This document shows positions 24,690 to 35,800 of a stretch of DNA of 64,000 bases, in pieces; the stretch's first letter is position 1, and every line of letters begins with the position of its first letter. Under the pieces are notes generated by a model. That model searched no databases and was not told where the DNA came from. It worked only from the letters and a program-made list of their open reading frames with translations. The stretch is from Phyllobates terribilis (taxonomy: Eukaryota), in NCBI RefSeq assembly GCF_046119375.1, contig NW_027362773.1, positions 213,838,001-213,902,000 on the forward strand. Direction: 5' to 3'. Both the position numbers and the translations under genes were made by a program.

Positions 24690-25260
24690 GCACAAACACT
24701 GTGCCCCGGCCAGGAGCATCATGGCCAAGCAGCTGCATGCAGCTGTGCATCACCAAGCACAATGCCGCGCGTCGGATGGAGGAGTCTGGATTTGGTGATT
24801 CCAGGAGAACGTTACCCCCTGACTGCATTGCGCCGCTATACACTATGGTGGAGGAGGGTAAAATTATGGGCTGTTATCAGGAGGCGGCCTCGGCCTCTTA
24901 GTTCCAGTGAAGGGAAATCTTAATTCTTCATAACAAGACATTGTGGACAATTGTAGCTTCCAGCTTTGTGGGAAGAGTTTGGGGAAGGTCCTTTTCTGTT
25001 CCCCATGACTTTGCCCAGTGCACAAGGTCCATACAGAAATGGTTGGGGGATATTAGTGGAAGAACGTAACCTGCCACACAGAGCCCAGACCTCAACCTCA
25101 TCCAACACCTTTGGGATGAACTAGAACAGAGAACAGAAATTGTGAGCCCGGGCTCTACCCAACATCAGGGTCTGATGGATGATGCTCTTCTGGATGATGG
25201 GACAAAAATGTCAATGTTAACTTCTACCTCTTATGTTGTCGTGGTGAAGTATTACAATAT
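24690..25260 (+). mobile_element. Degraded Tc1 fragment
   Basis: Remnants resembling ERYLPDCI, GPFLFxHDxAPVHK and QSPDLNLIQHLWDELE. Confidence 0.7.
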
Positions 25261-25383
25261 ACATATTCTCTGTTTCTTCTGTAAAAAAAACTTTAGTCTT
25301 TATTTATCTTCACACTGCATGAAAAACATCACAAACATGTAAAATTTCTGATACGTTATGGGCCTGCACATCCTTACTCATGG

Positions 25384-25422
25384 GCTATGAGTAAGGACAT
25401 GCATTGTCCGAAACGCGTTAGT
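25384..25422 (+). ncRNA. Minimal hammerhead-ribozyme-like motif with A3:U8 core variant (Penelope-type)
   Basis: ct-ATGAGTA-a-GGACA tgcat TGTCC-GAAA-CGCG-T-T-ag; palindromic ACGCGT stem III; stem I only 2-3 bp. Confidence 0.55.
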
Positions 25423-25691
25423 GATTTTACATGTATTTGTGATGTTTCCCTTATTGCGTGAAGATAAATAAAGAATAGAAGGTTTTTTGTTTGTTTTTTT
25501 CTTATTGAAGATACAGACACATTTTTTCTTACATTGGATTTCAACCTTCTCTCCAGGAGCCGAGCCAATTCCAAAAGGGTGTATCCAGCAAAAGATCCGG
25601 GGGAAAAAAATATTTTAAAAACAACAATATATTATAAAAATATTAAAAAGGTTTCATGTTGAAAAGGTGCAATTTCCAAGGATATGCATGA

Positions 25692-25729
25692 CCTGACGCG
25701 TTTCAAACTTATGCGTTCCTAGTCATAGT
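25692..25729 (-). ncRNA. Minimal hammerhead-ribozyme-like motif with A3:U8 core variant (Penelope-type)
   Basis: ct-ATGACTA-g-GAAC gcataa GTTT-GAAA-CGCG-T-C-ag on the minus strand. Confidence 0.55.
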
Positions 25730-26565
25730 GTGGCATGCCACATAGTGAATGGAAGTCATTTGTACGGGTGCTGGTCACGTAAGACGTAAATTAGTAAGAT
25801 CGGGGAATGGTACCTTGGTTGGGGAGGAGCGGAATGAGCATGCATCAGAAAGACCGGTGTATGCTCAGTGGAACTGAAATGTGCTAGGCTTGATGGGTGT
25901 TCCTAATAGATATCAGAAGGAGAGGCGATATCTCGGCATTGGTACATAATTTTTAATACATGTAAGTTACAAAATTGCTTAACTTCACAGTACGGGTATG
26001 TGCTGCAGTTTTTAGTATCAGACTGTGTGAGGAACTAACACTCAGTAACTGTACGAGTAGGCTGCCGAAGTGTGCAAGATTGCCAGACCAAGTTGCTGTC
26101 ATTGCTGCCATTCTGGGGTACAAGATGAGAACGAGGTAATAAAAGGACTCAAACACTCATCCATCATATGTTTAATGGAAGGGAAGGAGGTCTCATGAAA
26201 TGTTTTGTCTTGGGACCCCCAAACATCTATGGTGTAACTTGAAGCTTGTGGTCTCCAATGCAAAATTTCCTACAGTGACCCAACTATCACAAATCTTTAT
26301 TAGTATTGGTCCTCTCATATAGGCAAAAAAGGACCATTTTTTGGGGACTCACAAGGTTTCAAAGCCCGGATGCAACTCTCCTGAACCCATTCTAGTTACG
26401 CCCCTGCCATCAGGATTTGGATGAGGTGTGAGGACGAGTAAGACTATAGCCTTCCCTCTACTTTGTCTGCCCTGATTGCCTAATTTTCCTAGATACATGA
26501 CATTTTTTTGCTCCCTGACTTCCTGTTCATCTTTTCTCGGTGGGAATCCTGTAGTGTGGATTAGG

Positions 26566-26836
26566 ATGACTATACTCCAAGATCTTTCCTTCTTTTGTCT
26601 ACTCTCAGTATTTTGTCAGCTGGGTAACTCTGGCGCTTTATTATGCCCAGGAAGGGGATTTTCATTTTCAGACTCCTGTTTTCGGTTTGTGGAGCAAAGG
26701 ACTGATTTTTGGGGTGCAAGAAGGTCCTGTGGAGCATGCGGAGGGCACCTGGCCAATGTATACAATGACAACTTGGCACCTCTGGCACAACAGATAAATG
26801 AGACATCACGCTGGTGGGTCAACCAGAATGATCTAG
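26566..26836 (+). CDS. PKD1L3: PKD1L exon: signal peptide and N-half of the C-type lectin
   Basis: MTILQDLSFFCLLSVFCQLGNSG...CPGRGFSFSDSCFRF...FWGARRSCGACGGHLA...WWVNQNDL|gtgaga (phase 1). Confidence 0.88.
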
Positions 26837-29800
26837 GTGAGAGTTACTTATTTTTATGCTCTGTATGAAGGGTTCCAGCTGATTCCTGGTATTGGGATGA
26901 TATGCACCTGTGGTCGCTTTCTAGAAGGGACACAGCAGAAATCTATGTGCTTGCCATCAATGTAGCCAATTTTTAGTTTAACAAATTTCAGGAACAAATT
27001 TGCAGCATGTGAATTCACCATTTTTGCAGAAATTTCCATAACTGAAAATCGGTTCCGTTCAAGTAAATGGAGTTATTTCAGATGAATGCATGAAAATCTG
27101 CAATGTGTGAACTTAATTTAAAGGTTGCATCCACACTGGTAAAATGAGGGCAAACCCTAATATTGGACCCGTGCTACAGAATAACCTATTCTATGAGTAA
27201 GGGAAAGTCCACAGGACCAATGTCTCCACGTACGTGGAAAATGGACCGAATACTCTGATCAGACTTTAATCAGAGTTTGATCAGTTTTTCCCGGACGTGA
27301 AGAGGTAAAAAAAAGTTTCTCCATTCTGACAAACCGTGAAAGTCATCCGAGTGTGGTCCGATGTTTTTCAAGGAACCGTAGACTTTCATTGCCGATTTTG
27401 ATCCGACCCCTCGTATCAAAATCGGACATGTCTCTGATTTTTTCTGCGGACCACTCGGACTAAGGAAAAAATCGGACAGGTGCACAGCCACATAGAATAT
27501 CATAGCTACGAGCGCTATCCCTGGATAGCACTCATCCAATAAAATCGTGTGCACTGAAATTCCCATTGATCGTATTTAATTTAATAGACATTTCTGCCAA
27601 TAATCCCAATATGCAATAAATGACTGTAAGACCTCATGCACGTGGCTGTATTACAGATTTGTCTGATGTGAATCTGTCTTACATGTGAATTTGCACGCCA
27701 AGCCCCCATTTGGGTAAACCCCATTGCATGCCATATTAGAGAGACATTCGGAGAATAAGAGTTGTACACAGATGCATAGTCTATATGAAGTGCCGTTAAA
27801 GAAGAATTATAGTTTCAGGCTATGTTCACACGTTGCATTTTTGCTGTGTATTTTTCTGCAGGCAAAACCTGCTCTCTTGGCAGTAAAGAAGCTGCTTCCA
27901 AAAAGCAGGTTTTGCTGCGTTTTTTTGCTGCGTTTTTCAGGATACCTAAGTTCAGCTATGCTTCCACCACAGAAGCATGAACACAGGTCATCAATGCAAG
28001 ACATATGTGAAGCCATAACATAAAACCATTTTTAGAAAAAAGGGCAATTTGATCAAATTATTTAGTGGAAAAAGATTTATGTCTGAAAGTAACTATTCTG
28101 AACAAAAAAGTTCATATGAGTTCATAAAAAAATACAAAACTATTTAGATTTGAGAGTCCTCAGTGGTTGATACCTTTTAATGGCTAACTGAAAAGATGGT
28201 AACAAATTGCAAGCTTTCAAGACTACTCAGGTCTCTTCATCAGGCATAGTATACCACAAAATCTGAAGAGTCACATATTTATACACAATAAGACACACAA
28301 AAAATGCAATAGTGTGTCTTATTGTGTATAAATATGTGACTCTTCAGATTTTGTGGTATACTATGCCTGATGAAGAGACCTGAGTAGTCTCAAAAGCTTG
28401 CAATTTGTTACCATCTTTTCAGTTAGCCATTAAAAGGTATCAACCACTGAGGACTCTCACATCTAAATATTTTTCGATCTACTGGCTAACACGGTACAAG
28501 AATATATATTTTCGCTATAAAAAAATACACAATTACAAATGTAACAGCGGAGGGAGGTGAATTGGTCAGGAATAGTTTACCTAAGACATTGGCAGAGCAT
28601 TGAGTTTGTAGGATACTGTTTACTTTCACATATTGGTCGGCCCTTAAGTTGGTCAAGTATTGTTCAGTTTCACACCTTGGTCAGCAAATGTTTACTTTAA
28701 CACATATCACTAATTTAATTAAACTGTACTAATCCTAATTTCCCTTCTCAGGTGACGATACCAAGACATTATGGTTGAAACTTGGGAAAAAAACAAAAAT
28801 ATATCGGTTTCACATACTGCTGTACCTGCTTTTTTCTACTAAAAATGCAGCAAAACCTGATACCAGCAATTTTTGCTACTTTTTTTGCACTTACCCATTG
28901 CTTTCTATGGGTGAAAAAGCGCTGCAAAAACACTGAAAGAATTGACCTGCTACAGTTTTAAAAAACGCAGCAGTTTTCCAATTCAGTCAGGAAAAAAAAA
29001 ACAATGTGTCTGCATGAAATTTCTGAAATCTCATGGAACAGAGATCCAGCATGCATACCCTGCTCCATTCAACCCCAATCTGGGGTTCCCAGTGGTCACA
29101 CCCCAGCGATCAGCAAGTTATCCCTATCCAAAGTATAGGGAATAACTTTTTCCTGTTCTTTTTTGTTGGGAGGTGGGAATAACCCATTAACTATTAGGGT
29201 GAATTCACTCCTTTTCACTTATATGGGAGAGAGTTTGCAGTACTAATAACAGCAGTGTATGGGAGAGAGTTTGCAGTGCTAATAACAGCAATGTATGGAG
29301 CGGTGCTGCTTCTGGTCTTTGACGGACTTAGATGAATCATCAATATTAAAGTCCTGGAAAACTCTTTTAATGAGAGTGCGAGAGAGAATTTTACAACACC
29401 AAAGTTCGGGTCCTCAGTGACTTCAATGGGGTTCGGGTTCTGGTTCAAGTTCGGGTACACTTCTGGTACCCGAACCAATTTTGGATTAAAGTTCGGACGA
29501 ACCCGAACATCCACTGCTCTGCTCATCCCTAGTTGTTACGCTTCTAAAAATGTTAACAGGTTGTAACCTGGTTGTGTTTCCCTCCACAGTTTACAATCCC
29601 AGGGATAGAGACATCTTGCTTCAGATGTTGTGTCCGGTTTTAACACATAATGCGGAGATACAGTCTGCACCGTGTCTGCAACCAAACGGCTTCATCTGCC
29701 AGACAGGTAAGAAAACAGGGATGACGTGAAGACATTTCTGATATCTGCCTTGGAGAGTCTTGACGATAAAACCAAAGAGGGACAGTTCAGATAAAGTTGA

Positions 29801-32800
29801 CATTACCCATCTTTCTTTTTGCAGAAGGGTCTCGCTGCCAAATGGAGAGACATCAGAATGTTACCCGGTTTACAGTACGAAGAGATATAAAAGTGAGTAA
29901 CACAACTAAATATCCATATTAGAAGATCGGTGGATGCTCCTATTTTTAATCCATGGTATTTGGCAATATATGCATTGAGAGTGGCAGGGTAAGCTTTATT
30001 TGGGGCAATGACAGGCGTAATTTCAGGTGACTTTTCAGAATAAGCTATTGTGTGTATATATGAGGAATAACTATTTTTGCACATTATATGACTTGTATCC
30101 TGCAATTTTGCCTGTTTTCCCATCTGCAGGCGCTATCTCTAATTTTTAGTTGTCTCTGAGCTACTGGGTGCAGATTAGCTACTTTGGTGTCTCCCATACA
30201 CAGCACACACAGAAATGAGGGATTCCTGCTCCCCTGTCTCTATGTAGCACATGTTGAGAAGCAGTAGATGCATAAAGAAAATTATCCAGCTGTACTGTGT
30301 AGTGTAGCTGTGCTGTGGTGAGGCAAACACTTTGTAGAAAATAGCAGCATCATGGAGGACATCACAAAATTCTACTGAGCAGTGTAGCTATGATTCCTGT
30401 CCTCTGGTGAAATAACACATGTGAAAAGAACAGCAACATGGACATAAGGAGGATATTATGTTGTAGTACTCAGCAGTGTAGTTGTGCATCCAGCTCTGGG
30501 GTGAGATAAACACTTGCTAGAAAGCAGCAATAGCATGGACATATGGAAGACATTATATTACAATACGGAGCAGTGTAGCCGTGAATGTAGTCCTGTGGTG
30601 AAATAAAACACATACTAGAAAGTAGCAGCATGGATATAAGGAAGACATTCTATTGCAACACTAAGCAGTGTAGTTGTAAATCCAGCTCTTACTTAGTAAA
30701 TAGCAGCAATCCTCTGCTTCTTGATCTCTTCCTCACCAATTCAGAGGCTTTAATATGCAGTTTAAATCTGATTCCCCAGTGATCAGATTGATTTTTAGCA
30801 GTATTGCAGAGTGAATGGTGAGTTGAGAAGGCAGGAGTAAGGGGAAGCATAGCCTGATAAGTAGGGAAAGAAGCAGATTTCTTTGATAAGGTATATTATA
30901 AAGATTCTAATAATCGCTTGTACTATTGATTTATTCAAAGTTTGTTGAAACTACAGCAACCATTGAATTATGAAATAGACAAGGGCTGCACGTGTATAAT
31001 ACAGATTGCCATTGTGCAATGATTTCCCAGTTTATGAGCTGGATCACTAGTAGCCAGAAGAAGAGACAAAGAGGAACATAGGATAAAGTGAGGACATACA
31101 GGTGCATCTCACTAAGTTAGAATATCATCAAAAAGTTAATTTATTTCAGTTCTTCAATACAAAAAGAAAAACTCATATATTATATAGAGTCATTACAGAG
31201 TGATCTATTTCAAGTGTTTATCTCTGTTAATGTTGATGATTATGGCTTACAGCCAATGAAAACACAAAAGTCATTATCTCAGTAAATTAAAATAATTAAT
31301 AAAAACACATGGAAAGGCTTCCTAAGCATTTAAAAAGGTCCCTTAGTCTGTTTCAGTAGGCTCCACAATCATGGGGAAGACTGCTGACTTGACAGATGTC
31401 CAGAAGGCAGCCATTGATGCACTCCACAAGGTCCCAGAGTTCCAATTTTCATTTGGAAATCAAGGTCCCAGGGTCTGGAGGAAGAGTGGAGAGGCCACAA
31501 TCCAAGCTGCTGGAGGTCTAGTGTGAAGTTTCCACAATCAGTGATGGTTTGGGGAGCCATGTCATCTGCTGGTGTAGGTCCACTGTGTTTTATCAACACC
31601 AAAGTCAGCGCAGCCGTCTACCAGGAAATTTTAGAGCACTTCATGCTTCCCTCTGCCAACAAGCTTTTTGGAGATGGAAATGTCATTCTCCAGCAGGAGT
31701 TGGCACCTGTCCACACTGCCAAAAGTACCAATACCTGGTTTACACACAACAGTAACACTGTGCTTGATTGGCAGCAAACTCGTCTGACCTTAACCCCATA
31801 GAGAATCTATTATAGAGAATCTATGGGATATTGTCAAGAGGAATATGAGAGACACCAGACTCAACAATGCAGACGAGCTGAAGGCTGCTATCAAAGCAAC
31901 CTGGGCTTCCATAGCACCTCAGCAGGGCCACAGGCTGATCGCCTCCATGCCACGCCGCATTGATGCAGTAAATGATGCAAAAGGAGCCCCAACCAAGTAT
32001 TGAGGGCATTTACTGAACATATATTTCAGTAGGACAACATTTCATATTTTAAAAACATTTTTCAAGCTGTTGTTATAAAGTATTCTAATTTACTGAGATA
32101 ATGACTTTTGTGTTTTCATTGGCTGTAAGCCATAATCATCAACATTAACAGAAATAAACACTTGAAATAGATCACTCTGTAATGACTCTATATAATATAT
32201 GAATTTCACTTTTTGTATTGAAGAACTGAAATAAATTAACTTTTTGATAATATACTAGTTTAGTGAGATGCACCTATATGTGAGTCCATTGGATTAAGAT
32301 GACATAGGTTACTTTTCCAGAAGTAATACAGAGATGGTGGGAATCTGGAACGCAAGACACCTTTTTATCTCGGTGGGGTATGATTACTCCTTGTGAAGAC
32401 CGCCAGGCTAATGTGGGGAGACTTGTAGTCCAGGGCTCTCTGAGAAAAAGAGTATTCAAATTAGCTCCCCTCCAAGAAGAAGAAAGCTGGCTCTATGGTG
32501 CCACCTATAGACGTCAATGTCTGGACCTTTAACGAATCTTGCAACATGACTTGGGATATTTAGCCAAAGCAAAAGAAAAGACAAAGACCTTGATCTGAAG
32601 GTTCCATGTATAAAATGTGTTTCTTTCCTTCCGTCTCATCAGAGTCACATCTTTACTGGGAGAAGAAAGAGATCCGTGGAGTCTAGTCAAGATGTTCCTG
32701 GTAAGACATTTTTCTGTCCTTTACTTGATGCATTACCTTCAGATCTGTTTCCCCCTAGTGATAAATTCTGATTTGTTTGTGCCTCATTCTTTTAGATCTA

Positions 32801-35800
32801 CTGGATATGGCTCGTCAACTTTCCAACACCACGACGATGGCAGCAAACAATATATCTGTAGGTATCACACATTACTTATGATTCTTCTCTAGTTTTGGAG
32901 TGAGTGTCCATGTCCTGTAGTGAGACCTGTGCTCAAAGTCCAGCACCGTGCAGCTGGATTGGCATTCACCAGAGAACACCAGAATTGGCAGCTCCACCAT
33001 TGGCACCCATTCTTTGCACAGATGTGAGCAGGTTCACGCTGAGCAAATGTGGCCTACGTGAAAGAGTCTGGAAACACTGTGGTGAACGTTATGCTGCCTG
33101 CAACACCATCCAGCATGACTGGTTTGGAAACGGGTCATTGATGGTCTGCACGAGCCTTCATGTGATAGCCAACTTTGCCTTGACTACTGTTAGGTGCCAA
33201 GATTAAATTCTCAGAGCCATCGTCTGTCCAAGTGCAGTGGGTCCTGGGTTCCTCTTGGTACAGGAAAATGTACGGCCTCAGGCAATTCCTGGATGATTGG
33301 TACCATTGACTGACCGTCATGTTCCCCAGACCAGAATCTAATTGAGAATCTTTGGGGTATTGTGTATCAGGGAATCTGACAACGCCAAGTTGTACCACAG
33401 ACTGTCAAGGAGCCAGTGATTCCCCGATGAAGCTCTGGGAGGGGATCCCCCAGGACACCATCCTTCATCTCATTAGACACATGCCCAGACGTAGCATATG
33501 GGGGTCATACTCACCATTAAGTACCATTATGTGTTGTCGAGAATGCATACAGATCACATTATGAGTTGCCGTGATGAAATTCACACAAATTGGATCCGCC
33601 TATTATTGAATTTTTTTTTTTTTCATTTTTGGGGTGATTTGGAATTCTGTCGTCAATTGGTTGATGATCTTCTTTCCATTGACCGCTGGTAGCTAGGAAT
33701 GGCCTATGCCATCAGAAGCACCAACCAGCCAGTCTGCGTGGTCAGGAAAATTAGGGTACATCTACATGGGAATGATAGATTATCTGCTGCATGTCTGCTG
33801 AGATTTGTAGTTTAGATTGAACACCAAGATACTGGGCCAGAGCAGCAAATTGAATCCTCGAGTGCAGCAAAACTTACCCCCGACTCTGCCCACCATCATC
33901 ATAAAGCATAACGCTATCTGGATCTGACACGTGAAAAGAGTCAGAACATTTACTTTGCCCGAAAAGCAACTGAGGTTATGTAAAAACGAAAACCAGTTCT
34001 TGCATGTCAATCTTGGGCATAGATGGATTTGTTAATGTTTGTTGCCTGTTACCAATAAGACTTAAATTCTCACAATACAGGACATTCTCATCCATCTCAA
34101 TTTTATGATGCAAGATGAAGAGGAGCCAAACAAAACTGATCTGGTGAGATGACCTTACCTACAATTACCCTATGTTATATTTTTTACAGATATCTGCCTC
34201 TGTTCATAGCTAAGTATCAGCACTGTACCTCCTAAAATAATGGTATAAAAAGTGTTCAAAAAGTTGTAAAATGGAACAAAAAAAATCGTTTTATCTCAAT
34301 AGGTAAAATAAATAAGTTTTCACCCAGCTCTACTAACAGAACAACAAAACAAAGTTATGGCTCTCAGATTTCTTTGGCAGAGATCACAACATGATGCAAG
34401 TGATTGGAATCGACCCACAACTTCGAAAACCAAGCAAGTCACAAAAAATCAACTGGTTATAACCTTGCGGGTCGTAATGTCAACCCATTCACTTGCATTG
34501 TTCTGACCCCAATCCTCATATTTGGAGGATGCATTGTGTATGAATTTTACCATACTATATATGGATTACTTGGGCCTAGAACAGGGATGTCAAACTCAAA
34601 TACACAGACGGCCGAAATTAAAAACTGAGACAAAGTCGCGGGCCGACCATGATATTTATTAAAAAAAATATCTACAATTGAGGAAGTTTTTCCTTATCAC
34701 CTAATATAACGATGAAACTTTTGGTATGGAAACTAAGTTAATGTTGTCCCATGAACAAAGTACATTTAGTTAATAGATCTTAGAATAAAATATTGGAATA
34801 ATATAATATGCTATCTAAGAGCAGTAAAAAGCTTACGGCCCAATGGCCTATTTTAAATATGTACGGTAATAACAAAGGATAAAAACCTTGAATTAATTAA
34901 TAATAAAGGTAATAAAGTAGGATGCCAACAAAAGTGACGCCAAACAAAGTATGATATCCCCACAGAGAATTCCTCTACTGTACCCTCCACATGCATATAT
35001 GATGACCCTACTGGATCCCCCTCAAACCTCCCAACAAAGTATGATGTCCCAACAGTGATCCTCACATAGTCCTCCATACAGTATAATGACCCCACATAGT
35101 CCTCCATACAGAATAATGGGCTCCACATAGTCCTCCATACAGTATAATGGCCCCACATAGTCCTCCATACAGTATAATGGCCCCACATAGTCCTCCATAC
35201 AGAAAAATGGGCCCACATAGTCATCCATACAGTATAATGGCCCCGCATAGTCCTCCATACAGTATAATGGACCCTACATAGTCCTCCATACAGAATAATG
35301 GGCTCCACATAGTCCTCCATACAGTATAATGCCCCCATATAGTCCTCCATACAGAATAATGGGCCCACATAGTCATCCATACAGTATAATGGCCCCACAT
35401 AGTCCTCCATACAGTATAATGGGCCCCACATAGTCTTCCATACAGAATAATGGGCTCCACATAGTCCTCCATACAGTATAATGGCCCCACATAGTCCTCC
35501 ATACGGTATAATGACCCCACATAGTCCTCCATACAGTATAATGACCCCACATAGTCCTCCATATAGTATAATGACCCCACATAGTCCAACATACAGTATA
35601 ATGGCCCCACATAGTCCTCCATACGGTATAATGACCCCACATAGTCCTCCATACAGAATAATGGTTCCACATAGTCCTCCATACAGTATAATGACCCCAC
35701 ATAGTCCTCCATACAGTATAATGACCCCACATAGTCCTCCATACAGAATAATGGTTCCACATAGTCCTCCATACAGGATAATGAGCCCCACATAGTCCAG

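Noticed and set aside
28752-28773. Strong acceptor (cccttctcag) in a PKD1L intron
   Set aside because: No good donor, and inclusion would shift the next exon into a stop.
32321-32377. Possible 57-nt exon (EVIQRWW...)
   Set aside because: Phase 1-1 does not fit between the phase-0 junction exons 29892 and 32643.
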